A DNA stretch of 64,000 bases from the NCBI RefSeq assembly GCF_009914755.1, contig NC_060926.1, one strand, 5' to 3'. Made by a program: the position numbers and the translations under genes. The stretch comes from the human T2T-CHM13v2.0 reference genome, Homo sapiens. Positions 1-19,530 of the stretch are shown piece by piece (position 1 is the stretch's first letter; each line of letters opens with the position of its first letter). The notes beneath the pieces were generated by a model. It ran no database searches, was not told the DNA's origin, and was given only the letters and a program-made list of their open reading frames with translations.

Positions 1-171
1 GTTAGGAACCAGTTGGTCACAAATTTTCATGCAGATAGGGGAAACTGCTATAAAAACTCAGTCACATGAGATTGGAGAATTGGGTCATAATAAAGGAAAT
101 TTTAAGTTTTTACCAAATCTGGTTTAAGCATTCTGATCTGCAACAGTTTGAAATGCTTTCCTTTCATTTGA

Positions 172-469
<298 letters not shown>

Positions 470-993
470 TCATTTTATTCTTAATAGATATATCAAATAC
501 CATTAGATCATATATTATTTTAGAGGTAGTTTCATGCTACTATTTCTATTTTGCCCATTTTTTTTTGTTTTATTCTCCATGAGAATTATCTATGATTCTA
601 ACCCAGTATTTTACTGTTTTGAAATTGCTAAAAGTTTTTGGAGTCACTATGACTTTTTTAATCAGAGTTAGCTGAAGGGACTGAGGCTCTAGATAATCAT
701 TTCTTAAGTGAACACAGAAGGATGTGCCTGATAAGCTGGTTTTCATTGATGGTGGAGCAATCAGCAACTGAGAGAGTAGGTAGTCCACCTCTGTTCCCTT
801 GCTATTTCTCTGTGTCAGACATATAGCATGATCTTATGTTCTTACATGTTTTAGAAAAATGTACAGTCACAAATAATTTTTTAAGTTGATAAAATTGTCA
901 CTTTCCAATTTTACATATTTTCAACTTTAAATTAGCCACAGATTTCACTTACTTTTAATACATATATTTGATTTAATATTTAAAATAGTTATT

Positions 994-1529
<536 letters not shown>

Positions 1530-1840
1530 GTAAGCTTTCAATTGTACTTATGGTTAATTTTGAGAAACAATAGAGAATATCATATATTAAAGCAATTCTT
1601 TTATCAAATATGTTGTACATTTTCAGAATGAGGTTTTGAATTGTTTTATAATGGTTACACATTATAAAAAGCTACTTTTATTTGCTGAATTTGAGAAATT
1701 GAAGTCTTTAGTTGGATTCTTGCCTCCTCCCAAGAGGCCTTTGATTGTCTTAGGTCATATTCCCATAACAACCTTTGCCTACATCTATTTGTATTTGTCA
1801 CATCAAATTGAAATTGCTAGTTAATTATTTTCCACTAGCG

Positions 1841-2056
1841 AATGTGTTGGTAAACTAGTCCATGGGCAAAATCTGGCCTACCACCTGTTTTGTAAATGAA
1901 GTTTTCTCCCACAACCTTGCTCATTTGTTGTATATTGTCTATGACTCTTTGCCCTACAGTGACAGAGTTGAGTAGTTGGCAGCAGAGACTGTATGGCCCC
2001 CCAAAGCCTATAATACTGTCATCTGGCCCTTTACAGAAAATGTTTTTCAGTGCTTG
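1841..2056 (+). mobile_element. MER58A-like hAT-Charlie MITE
   Basis: Matches recalled MER58A (GCAGAGTTGAGTAGTTG..TCTGGCCCTTTACAGAAAA); flanked by 8-bp TSD CACTAGCG (1833-1840) / CACTAGCT (2057-2064). Confidence 0.85.
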
Positions 2057-3519
2057 CACTAGCTTGTAAGTTTCCCAAAGAAAAAACTTGTTTATAATGA
2101 CCCTGCACCTAGTGTAGTGCTTCATATATAATAGTGAATAAGGAAATGGATGAATTAGAAATCCTTCAAAGTTGGCCCTAATTAATATGTGTTTAATATT
2201 TAGCTATAACAGGTTATATTATTAAATGTGATAATTTTTGTTAAAGTGAGTTATGCCAGTGTAGTCAGGCAATAAATATACCATCTTTCTGTCTTCCCTG
2301 TTTGTTAAATTTTTTGTTAAGCTCAGATTGTTGTTTTTATTAATGGGCAATGACAGTCATTTAATTTGACTTCTTTCTTTGAAGTATGTTTCATTTAGTT
2401 ACTCCCGATGGTATGGAATTGATGAAAAAGTAAAAAACCATATAACTGCCTTCTTAATTATTTTGCCTCCTTATGGTTATGGTTCTCAAGATTACAATAG
2501 ACTAGGTGGTTAGTGTGTGAAAGGTCACTTACGAGAAGCAGGGATTAGCTCAAAATAAAGTTCGCCACAGACCTATCTCCAAATCTTAAAAAAAAATACA
2601 CACACGCTTACATACCCACAGGTAAATGGATTCTAAATAAGAATTTTAGCTGACACATCATAGCCACACATTAAAGCATAGATTCACTAAAGATCAAATA
2701 ATATTAGTATCAAGAATTTGAAGCCAATTTAATATAAGAAAAATTATTAATCATTTATCATTTAACTAAGATGTTTGAAATAATATGTCAACATACATTA
2801 TATCATTTAATAACATGTAATGTTCATTTCTGATAATATGCTAAGAAAAGCAAAAATGCAATAAGGGATATTTATGTGAAATAGAAGGGAATTAGGTGCT
2901 CTCTGTCACCACTTGTGTGCAGCAGTTTTGGACATCTGTAATGAGCCATGAAAAAATGAAGTATGAATATTGGGAAGGAGTAGAGAAGACCGTTAATTTG
3001 TGGAGACTCTGTATTAATCGAGGGCTTTCAAAGAAATATAACAGGGCATAAGAATATGGATAAATAATGGATGGATGAATAGGTTGATGAAGATTATTGC
3101 TGAAGTTAAATGTCAGAAATAAAGAACTTTTATTCTTCCTGCCTATGAAGACGAAGTGTTTTAAAAATAAGATGTCCCATATGGCTTAATGTATAATACC
3201 AGTTAAAATTCTAATATAGTTTGCGTAAGTTGAGGAAGTGTTAGGGAAATTTATGTGGAAAAATTTGCAACAAATGCGATGATTTATAACAAGTAAAACA
3301 GCAACACTGGGGCAGAGGCTTAGCCAACTTTAAAACAATCCTAATATGTAATGATACAAAATGAGTAATAATTTATTTAACAAATCAAAATAGGACAAAG
3401 GGAATAGGAAGTCCAGAAATGAATCAAAATTGGCACTTCATATTATGTATTGAATTAATGACTTTGCTTCCCTGTGCAAGTCATTTTTTTAAGAACATAG
3501 AATCTTAAATCATATGATA

Positions 3520-3955
3520 CAGATGATAGAATTAGTAGACAAGTCTTTACTGCAGTTATTATAACTATATCCCTGTGTTCAAGAAGGTAAAGGAAAACAT
3601 GAGCCTGGTAAGGGGATACATGGAAGATACGGGATAAAAAGACTTCAATCAGATTTCTGCAAATGAAAAACCCAGTGCCTGAAATTTAAAAATACACTGG
3701 AGAGAATTAGACACTGCAGACAAACGACTAGTGAACTGGGATACATAGCAATAGAAACTGTCCAAAATGAATTACACAGAGAAAAAAAATCTACAAAAAA
3801 GAAAACAGAACATCAGTGAGTTTTGAGACAAAATCATATATTCTAATATTATGTACTTAGAGTCTATGAAGAGGGGAGACAAAAACTATTTCAAGACATA
3901 ATGGCTCCAAATTTTTGAAATATGGTGAAAACTATAAACACACAAATCCAAGGAG
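3520..3955 (+). mobile_element. Old L1 (L1M) ORF1-region fragment
   Basis: A-rich L1 ORF1-like text (AGATTAGACACTGCAGA..TAGTGAACT..ATAGAAACTGTCCAAAATGAA); boundaries approximate. Confidence 0.65.
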
Positions 3956-5011
3956 CATGTCCAGCTGAGCTCATGGTCACTCCTATTCCCTTTTCCTTAG
4001 CCTCCTCTAGATACATGTGTGCCATCCCTTTCCTCCACACCCTGGCCACTGGATTTCAGGAATACTGCCTCCCATGGTGACTCTCCATGACCTTTTCAGT
4101 GGCTTCATCACCTCTCCCTAGACCACAGACAGGCCCTGACACGTCTCCCTGCCTTCACTCTCTAGTCTCCCTTCACACTTGTTGTGAACGATTCTTTCTC
4201 ACAAGGTTCCTGCCTAACAGATACCCTTTAAAGCTGCAGGCTCCTCAGCCTGGTGGCCTCAAAAAAGAAAAAGAAAAAAAAATCTGACACTAATCACTGT
4301 GGAACAAGGAAGAGATACAAGAGTTCTCCCTTTCCTTATAGTCTGGCCTCTCCCAGCCTAGGCACAAGGGTTTCTTATGAGCCCAAACCTGTGGGGTTCC
4401 AGTGTTCATCTACTACCTGGGGCCAAGGTACATGCTGCTGCCATCAAGAAAGAAGCCTGAATGCTGATGAGTCTCAGGGAGAAGAGCACTTTCTGACTGC
4501 AGGTGTTCTCTCCAGTAGCTGCAGGCAGGTGGGGTGTGCCTGCACACAAGACCTGGGGCTAGGAGGGTTCAACAGGATGCATGGGCCAGTGAATACAAGT
4601 GTAAAAGGGGCCTTTGTCCTGGCCAAATCCCAGCACATGCCAGCACCTAGGAAGAAATGTCAGAGCCAGATGGTCCTCGGAACTACTGTCAGACACTGTC
4701 ATGATACAGCTATTTATCCTTTATCGTTAAATATACTGAAAAAAATTCTGGGAGAACTAAACATTTAAACATAAGAAAAACTCTTAAATCCTAAGAGTAG
4801 ACTTAACTCTAGTAAGAAGATGTTTCCTATTTATAAAATAGGAACATCAGTTTCAAATTTGATAAATTTAGTAGAAAATGAGAAAGTAGGCAAATGTGTT
4901 GGGTAATAGGCAGATGCATTGGATACTACACATAATATTAACTGCTTAATCCAGATATATATAGATCTATGAAGATAATACCTAGTTATATTGAATAGAC
5001 TGTTCATATAA

Positions 5012-5350
<339 letters not shown>

Positions 5351-5398
5351 GTTGGTGAGTTTTGACACCACAGTGCTGTCTAGGGAAAACTCTTTAAC

Positions 5399-6452
<1,054 letters not shown>

Positions 6453-6659
6453 ATACTAAGCTCTTTATACCTTATCTCTGAATACTATTATCCTCATATT
6501 AGTGATGAGGTTTACAAAGGTAGATAATTGTGCCAAAACGATACAATCTGCATTTGACAGAGCCTAATTTAGCCTCTATCAATTGCTGAAGCCTACCTTC
6601 TTAAGCCTATTTTATGACTACCTAAGAGCATGTACTTCCTGAGATAACCAAAGAAATAA

Positions 6660-6800
6660 ACACCTACATAGCACTTACTATGTTATAGGCCGAGCACTTT
6701 ATATATATTAACTCATTTAATCCTCACAACAGTTCATGAGATGTCAATATTATTATTGTAATTTTACAAATGAGGAAATTGAGGCATAAAAAAGTTTAGC
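6660..6800 (-). mobile_element. MIR
   Basis: CATTTAATCCTCACAAC..ATTTTACAAATGAGGAAATTGAGGC is the reverse complement of the MIR core. Confidence 0.75.
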
Positions 6801-6874
6801 TGCACACAATCAGTATGTGATGCTCAATCTCTGAAATAAAATTTAACTGTAAGATACAACTCTTCTTTATGGAA

Positions 6875-7505
6875 AGAAAGGAACACTTGTACACTGTTTG
6901 TGGGAGTGTAAATTAGTTCAGCCATTGTGGAAGACAGTGTGGCATTTCCTCAAAGACCTAAAGACAAATGCCATTCAACCCAACAATCCCATTACTGGGT
7001 ATATACCCAAACTAATAGAAATTGTTCTATTATAAGGACACATGCATGTGTTGTGTTCATTGCAGCACTGTTCACAATAGCAAAGTCACGGAATCAACCC
7101 AAATGCCCATCGAAGATAACCTGGATAAAGAAAATGTGGTACATATACACTATGGAATACTATGCAGCCATTAAAAAGAATGAGATTATGTCCTTTGCAG
7201 GGACATGGATGGACTTGGAGGCCGTTATCCTTAACAGACTAATGCAGGAACAGAAAATCAAATAACACATGTTCTCATTTATAAGTGGGAGCTAAATGAT
7301 GAGAACACATGGATACATAAGGGGAACAACACACACTGGGGCCTATCAGAGGGTGGGAGGAGGGACAGGATCAGGAAAAATAACTAATGGGTACTAGTCT
7401 TAATAGCTGGGTGATGAAATAATCTGTACAACAAACTCCTATGACACAAGTGTACCTGTGTAACAAACCTGCACATGTACCCCTGAACTAAAATAAAATA
7501 AAAAA
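6875..7505 (+). mobile_element. 5'-truncated L1PA (older PA subfamily) 3' end
   Basis: ORF2 C-terminus remnant (MWYIYTMEYYAAIKKNEIMSFAGTWMDLE) plus L1 3' UTR ending CCTGCACATGTACCCCTGAACTAAAATAAAA. Confidence 0.9.
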
Positions 7506-8124
7506 ACCCAACCATTACAGAAGTAAAATGAGCAAATATAATGTGTCACTGAGAGGATATAGGCACAATTTTGTTTGTATCAAAGTTAATATTTTTGAAA
7601 TGCATTCTGCTCACAAACATCACCAAAATACATCATAACCTTTCGTGAGATCTACCTTAAGAAATAATTGCAAAAGTAAAAATGTTCCAAGGTGTTAATA
7701 TGCTGTTTGTAATAATGAGAAAAGATAAATAGCTGATAGACCCACAATCGGAATAGTGAAGAAAATGAACATCAACCGAGTTCTTGGACTTTGCTGGCAT
7801 TGTTTTAGTCATTGTACTTGATTGTTTCAGATTTATTCCCTGCAATAACTATGAGGTAGGTCATGGTGTCATTTTTACAGAAGAGCAAACTGAGGGTCAG
7901 TCTAATATAATTGACCCAGATTTTTCTAGAAATATTGGGCCCTTAACCATATCATGAGCATAGTACAATATTATATGTCATTAACAATAAGTATGGAGAT
8001 ACAGAAATCTATGTGTATTTTAATTAATAAAACCTTCAATATATGTGTACCAATTTAATCTAGAAATTGTTAAAAGAAGTTGTAGGAACTTTATCTGATA
8101 GAATTATTTGGTTTACTGATAGCT

Positions 8125-8422
8125 TTCTTTTTTTTTTTTTTGAGAGATGGGATCTCACGCTATCACTCAGGCTGGAATGCAGTGGTGCAAGCATAACTTA
8201 CCACAACCTTGAACTCCTGGGCTCAAGCAGTCCTCTTGCCTGAGGCTTCCAAGTAGCTGGGACTACAGGCATGCACTACGATGACCATCTAATTTTTTAT
8301 TTTTTGTAGAGATGAGCTCTTGCCATGTTGCCCAAGCTGGTCTCAAACTCCTGGGCTGAAGCTGTCTTCCCCTCTTGGCCCCTCAAAGCAGTGGAGTTAC
8401 AGGCACCAGCCATCCCCAGCCA
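8125..8422 (-). mobile_element. Alu (AluJ, diverged), antisense
   Basis: Poly-T then diverged Alu dimer with J-type GAACTCCTGGGCTCAAGC. Confidence 0.88.
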
Positions 8423-8431
8423 ACTGTCTTC

Positions 8432-8700
8432 TATATGCAATATATATATACTATATATATAATATATATACTATATAATATATTATATAGTATATATATT
8501 ATATATTATATAGTATATATATTATATATAATTTATATATAATATACAATAAATATATATAATAAAATATATATAATATATAATATATAATAAATTTATA
8601 TTATATATAATATATAATAAATTTATATTATATATATTTTATATATAATATAATAAATTTATATTATATATATAATAAATATATATAATATATACATATG
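8432..8700. repeat. (TA)n / AT-rich low-complexity tract with perfect palindrome
   Basis: About 270 bp almost purely A/T; 8455-8506 is its own reverse complement. Confidence 0.95.
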
Positions 8701-8869
8701 TAGAAAATGTGTACATTAGGACTAGGACATTTGTCCTGTCCTACTTGGCACTTGGCTCTCAAAGCAGATTTATGTATTTTTAAATTGTGAGCTTATACTT
8801 TAGGTCTAGAGAAATGTAGGGAATTGTTGCTGTTCTCAGTTAATAGGAAGGTTTGATTTGGTAGGAAGC

Positions 8870-9060
8870 CAGTATAATGTAGTAGTTACTTCAACTCTAT
8901 AGTCAGACAACTAAGGTTTGAATCTTAGCTTCACTACTAGCTGTGTGGTATTTGGAAGGTCTTTTTTGTTTGTTTGTTTTACTATTTCCACTACAATTAT
9001 TTTTTAATGAGAGAATTGATGTAAAGTTTTAGCAAGTCTGGCATAAAGTCTTTAGCTACT
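8870..9060 (+). mobile_element. MIR (diverged)
   Basis: CTCTATAGTCAGAC..GGTTTGAATCTTAGCTTCACTACTAGCTGTGTG resembles the MIR 5' half. Confidence 0.6.
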
Positions 9061-9144
9061 ATTGTTATCAGTAGACATTATTACTTATTATAAAACTTTA
9101 AGAGTTGGTTTTACCTGAGATCAGAATTGAGGTCTGTTAGACTA

Positions 9145-9475
9145 CATTAGTTGTTTATTCCTGCTTAATAAACTTCCAGAGACTTAGTGGCTTAGCTCAA
9201 CCACCATTTTATTTACCAGCTCACAATTCTTTGGGTTGGTAATTTGGGCTCAGCTCATCTGGATATTTGGCTGGGCTCGGCTGGGCTTGGTTCTGCTGTT
9301 CTTTCTTGGCCTCTCTCCAGGGGCCTGTTTATAGGTGAAGAGTATATAGCTGAGCCTCAGGCTTCTAATTCACACAGCATCATTTCTGCTACATTTTATT
9401 GGTTAAGTTACAAGTTTAGCCCAGATTCAAAGGGTGGGCAGTAGAGTTCACCTTTTGATGGCAGTTTCTGCAAAA
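9145..9475. mobile_element. MLT1-type MaLR LTR fragment
   Basis: ACTTAGTGGCTTA..GCTCACAATTCT..AGCCCAGATTCAAAGGG motifs typical of old MLT1 LTRs. Confidence 0.6.
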
Positions 9476-11367
9476 GACTTTCTAATCATTTTTAAATTTA
9501 TCATATAAACAAAATAATGGAAAACCATATTTCATACTGATTAAGATCAGTAGTTTGAAGTTTGACTTTTGTTAGGGAATAAAAAGGTTACATTTGATTG
9601 CCAGGACATTGTTAAAAGACTGAATAATATAGCATTTATAAAAAGAAACCAACTTTGATATAATTGATAACTAAAATTTTAAAAATACTCTTTTAGAAGT
9701 TAAATTGCTCTTGTATTTAGAAAATCTGAAATATTCAATAAATTAAAATGAAGACAAAATGAGGACATAATTTTGATTTATCCCTAAAAGATAAGGTCAC
9801 TTGTGAAAAAGAAACCAAATACAGTTTTTCTAATCCTCAAGGACAATTTTTTAAAGTTTGCAAACTTAAAAGAATACCATATAGTAGTCAGCCTATTTTT
9901 AAAAACTGTATAGTATTCAACCTGTTTAATCTTGTCAAATTATATACTAAGAATAATGTGTGTCAAATACAGTAGGTGGCACTGTGATAAAACTTTTGTT
10001 CCTATAAAGAGTTGCGTTCAGGCTTCATCTGTGTATACTCTTCTACCTGTGGTGTTGCTAAAAAAAAAAAAAGGATGTTTCTAAATAAGGCAAGTCTGAA
10101 CAGAATCACAGAATCTAGCAACTTTGTTTAACTTAATACACATTTATTTACAATGTTTTTTTAAACCACAAAATTAAGTACAGTAATGTTGGTGTTCCTT
10201 GAACTAAATTCTACCAGTGGTAAAAATGGAGTGTACTATAATTGATCCAGAGGCACAGATCTTACTTTCTCAAAATAGTTTCATATGTATTTTCACTTCA
10301 CACAAGTTATTCTAAACTTCTCATTCTTAATAACCAGGGTTTTAAATTACTTATTATGTAAGCTGAAACAGCAAAGAAGAAATGCAACATGAAGCTACAA
10401 AAGAGTAAATTTTAATACGGTGATTCTGTTGTACTTTCAGTATTTCATGGTGCTCTTGAGTCTTCTCCTTTAAACAGAAATCTCAGTATAAAAATTATTA
10501 CTTGGATAGCATGAACGGTTTTTTTTCCCTCTGAATAGCATTTTGAAAGGAGAGTTTTAGAAAACTTGATTATTGTACATTAAAAGCACAAGGTAAGACT
10601 GCTGTAAGAGTAGGGACTTGGGTTGTGTAGTGTACTGAAGTGTAATGATGCAAGTATCTTACTACTTCATTTGCAATGATTCTGCTTAAATTAGTGCTTC
10701 CCAATCCTGGCCTTGCAGGTTTCTCAGTCATCTGTGGGACTTCTTTAAGAAAGTTTCAGGGTTTCTGATTCAGGAGTTGTCACAGCGCTGGCCTGGGTAA
10801 AATCTTGCTGCCATTCTTAATGGCAGATGTATCATGAAAACTGACACACCAGAGCATATTCAATCTTCTGAAATTATCTTTTGTTTCAGCTTTACTAGGA
10901 AACAAATCCTTATTTAAAATCCATTTAGCACGTTTGTATAAATTACATTTTGAAGTAGGTAAACATTTAGGAAGCAGCAACAAAACATAATCTTAGAAAG
11001 CTATTATAGAGATAGAAATACTAAGTTTTTGGAAGCATGTAGTAGTTATCAAATATGGAAAAATAAACATTCGTGATACTAATAGGCATTGTTTTTCTTC
11101 CTTAGTATTAAAAAATGTGGCTTGTTATTTTGGTGTTAAAACATGAAAATTCTAAATGAAATTTACCACATCATAATGTCTCCTCTCTCCTTACCCATTT
11201 GAGTTCTGACAAATCAGTTAGAATCTAAATTTAGACTGTGATCTCTTATTTAATTTTTGTTTGTCTTTTGAGTTTGTTAAAGTAACGACATTGCTTTTTT
11301 ACCTTCTGTTTCTGATTGACACCTAGACTAGCAAAACTGCAGTTGATTGTACATAACTATTTTCCAG

Positions 11368-11544
11368 CTGATTACCTGGCTCAGGCATTTGATTCTCTTT
11401 GTTTGGACTTGAAGACAGAAGAAGGAAAAACCTTGTTTTTGGAGTATCAGGCTGTTCCAGTAATATTAAGTCATCTAAGAATATCCAGTAAAGGACTCCT
11501 GTCTAATGTTATTGATAGTTTGCTCCAGATGACGGTGGAATCTA
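11368..11544 (+). CDS. CCDC138: CCDC138 internal coding exon (3rd from last), 177 nt, phase 1 to 1
   Basis: attttccag|CTGATTAC...GAATCTA|gtaagt; encodes (A)DYLAQAFDSLCLDLKTEEGKTLFLEYQAVPVILSHLRISSKGLLSNVIDSLLQMTVES, in frame with both neighbours. Confidence 0.92.
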
Positions 11545-11639
11545 GTAAGTTTTTAAGTTCTATATGTGTAAAGAAAGCAGGATGATTTTTCTGTCTTTAT
11601 CTTGTCTGCATGTATAACTCCACATATCAGATACTATTG

Positions 11640-11960
<321 letters not shown>

Positions 11961-12635
11961 TAAAAATATTTTTGATGCTATTTAATTGAGTCATTAATAA
12001 CATCACTAAAAAATTAGGTAACTTCTCCAGGGATTCCCCAGCTAAACACAAGTAGAACTGAGACTTAAAGCCACATCTCTGACTCTAGACCTAAGGCTTG
12101 TTCTACCAAAGCACTGTAACTAGGTTTTCCAGGTTTATTTTCTTCTCCTGTCCCAAAATGTCCTATATTGTCTGATGTATTTTATCAACGTTTTTAGCTA
12201 TTTGTAACTGTTAAAATATTGGACTTACAGTTGATGACTAGCTACCTAGATTAGTAATCTTGGAGTTGTGTATTTCAGTTTACTAATGTAAGGAGTAGAA
12301 TGAAAAGTGAAAAGTTAGTGAACTGAGGCATCCAGTATTACTTAAGTGCCTAGATTCCCAACTTGTTTCACAGGGATTTTTCTTTTAATGAGAAAAACAA
12401 AAATCATACCAGATGCAAATGTGTATTCATTAGAAAGAAATCTTTCTGAATATGACAGAGATGGCATCTTTCTCGTTGTCAAAGGAAAACAAAATATAAT
12501 TTTATGAAATAGTTGACCTGCTTGGGTGAAATAAATTGTGGTACTGCAAATGCAAATTTGAATAAAGTCTATTAGAGGAGATAGTCAACAGTCAGTCACA
12601 TTTGTTTACCATTGTCCAGGTTACTCTCAAATTCA

Positions 12636-12942
12636 GCCAGGTGCAGTGGCTCATGCCTGTAATCCCAGCACTTTGGGAGGCCGAGGCGGGCAGATCACTG
12701 GAGATCAGGAGTTCAAGGCCAGCCTGGCCAACACGGTGAAACCCCGTCTGTACTAAAAATATAAAAATTAGCCGGGCATGGTGGTGTGCGCCTGTAATGC
12801 CAGCTACTCAGGACGCTGAGGCAGGAGAATCACTTGAACCCAGGAGGTGGAGGTTGCAGTGAGCCAAGATTGTGCCACTGTACTCCAGCCTGGGTGCCAG
12901 AGTAAGTCTCCGTCTCAAAAACAAACAAACAAACAAAAAAAA
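12636..12942 (+). mobile_element. Alu (AluSx-like)
   Basis: Full sense dimer with (AAAC)n tail. Confidence 0.93.
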
Positions 12943-13264
12943 CACCAACGCTGTGCCCTTGTTGTTCAAATCAAGTAAATAAGCAGTATCTAATGGTGAT
13001 CACTACTAAAGCCGTATTGTGTTTAGTGATGCGAAAATTTTGGAAGTTTGGAAATGGGTGAATCTTTGATGATGTCTGACTGAAGAGCATTTACTTGCTT
13101 GAATTTTAATGTAAATTCAGTACTTGTTGGTCAGCCAGTACGATTTATTAGAGCGAGGAAAGATTGATCAAAGTGTAGCAAATACTTCTTTAGTTGTTGG
13201 TTTTTCATTTTTCTAGGTTTGAGATTGGAAACCCATTTTACCATATATTTAATTTTCTCATGCT

Positions 13265-16745
<3,481 letters not shown>

Positions 16746-17049
16746 GAATGACCCATGCCACTTAAAAAAAAAACAAAACAGGAAAAAGTTGCTGCAGAAG
16801 AAATCTCAATGGAATTTATTTACAAATGGGTTATCTTACCTTACTATATGGGCATTGGTGACCAGCTTTGTGAGGTTCCATGTTTCAAAGCATTGTGTTT
16901 ACAGTGCTCTAGGGAATGCAGAGCTTCCTCAGGGGTCTTCACAGGCTGGGAGGTAGTGTCAGTGGGCCTAACTCCAAGTGCCTGTGACTGGTTCCCATTG
17001 CATATGATGGAGGATTTTGGATTTTCAGATTAGGGATGCTCAACCTGTA

Positions 17050-17265
17050 TAATGTGGTGATTACAGTTAATAACAAGTATATTACATACTTGAAAATTGC
17101 TAACAGAGTACATTTTAAATGTTATCACCACAACAAAGCAAATATGTGAGGTAATGGATATGTTATTTGGTTTGATTTAGCCATTCCACAATGTTTACAT
17201 ACTACATGATATTGAAATATATTGTACATGGTAAAGATATATAATTTTCATTTAATTAAAAAACC
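17050..17265 (+). mobile_element. Old L1M 3' end
   Basis: CTTGAAAATTGCTAACAGAGTACATTTTAAATG..TTAGCCATTCCACAATG, typical L1MA/MB 3' UTR. Confidence 0.7.
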
Positions 17266-18947
17266 AACAAATATCCCAGAAAAATATATCTTTGCTATCA
17301 AAAGATACATAACTATTTTGTATCTTTTTTCCACAAACGGTTTTCTTGATGTTGGCCACCTTTTGTTTTTTTTTACGTGGTTAGATACTAGTGCATATAC
17401 AGTTGCATATTTGCAGGTAGGCTATGTTTATCTGTTTAAAATGCAAGAAAATCCTAGGAAATATTACAAGGACATACTTGAGTTGTTCTGTTTAAATTCT
17501 GTGCTTCAATTTGGGTAAAAAATAATAAAGATAACAAAGAATCATCAAAAACTTTGGACTATACTCCAGGCATTAAACTTGTTCTACACATCTAGAACTT
17601 ACTTCTGAATATATCCATATTGTTTAGTTGCAATATTAGGTTGTTAATTTGATATCTTTCTATCTGATGCAGGTACTATTTTTCATTGACAAGTTTTTCT
17701 TGATTTGAACAACATAATTTCTTCCCTTTTTGCTGTTTTAAATTTATTCAATCGTTCTATTATGTTTTTTATTATTTAGGAGATTAAAGGAAGGATAATT
17801 TCAATGAAATTATAGATGCAATATTTCTAACAAAGCACCAACCTAATCCTACATACATATCATCTGTTTTCTCAGTTACAAGCTTTCACATGGAAAAATT
17901 CCCTTTAGGAAATACAATGGGAAGGTTTATTTTTAATAACTGAAGAATATACAACTATAGCAAAGGGTGTGCTGTACTTTAGATGTGTGGTGTTTTCAAA
18001 AAACATCAGAGAAGCCAGTGTAGCTGAAGCAGAGTTAGTGAGGGCAGAGAAGTAGAAGAACCAGGAAACAAGCTGGGGTGCTCATTGGGAAGAGCTTTGT
18101 TGGGCATCATCAAGACTTGGGGTTTTTTATGTAGTAAAACTCCTAGATCTTTTTCTTTCTATTCTGGTTTGTTGACTTTAATGTTAGGAGCTTTTAAATA
18201 TATTTCTACATAACCTTTGTTTTTAATTATTGCTTAATATTTTGTTATGTTTATCATCATTATTTATTAAGGCAATTGAGTTTTATGAAATTGGATAAGA
18301 AAAGTGATTCATTGGCATTCTTTCCCAGCACAAAAGAGCTTTGAAGTTGTTCTTGGTCAGCCACTTCAGGGATATGTGGCACAGGGACCTAATGAACTAA
18401 CAGTTCCTTCTGTAACTTCTGAAGTCTACTTAATAGTCAATTAATGAGTGCTTTTAGCCATATATTTGCTACTGGTCTCTGAATGCTGCCAGATTTACAG
18501 CTCTATTAAAAGTTACATAATCACTTTAATGATTGGTTTGCATCCCCTTGTTTGACACTGTTAACAGAATCTCTGTTTCTAAGATGAAAGGCTGGTCTTT
18601 CTCATGTGTAACACTAGACAATAATAGATGATGTGTTACACTAGTGTGTAACACTAGTGAGCCCTTCTTGGTCAACTTTTAAGTTTGTGTTATATAGCAT
18701 ATTTTGAGGAAACCCATTCTCATATTTTGTGAAAAAAAAACAAAACATTGCATATGATGGGGGATAAAATCTAACCCACCAATTAGTGTGGTAGAAGAAG
18801 CTAAGAAAGCAAATAATTAAATATCCAGATGATGAACACGCTATTTTTATTTATTTATTAAAAAAAGATTAAAGTTCTCTAGCTATTTAACTTAAGGAAT
18901 TATTTTTAACAAAATTGTATTTATTGTTTAAAAGGTAACACATTCAA

Positions 18948-19530
<583 letters not shown>

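Noticed and set aside
4253-4768. 171-aa ORF in a CCDC138 intron
   Set aside because: GTG start, low-complexity beginning, no recognisable homology and no splice sites linking it in frame.
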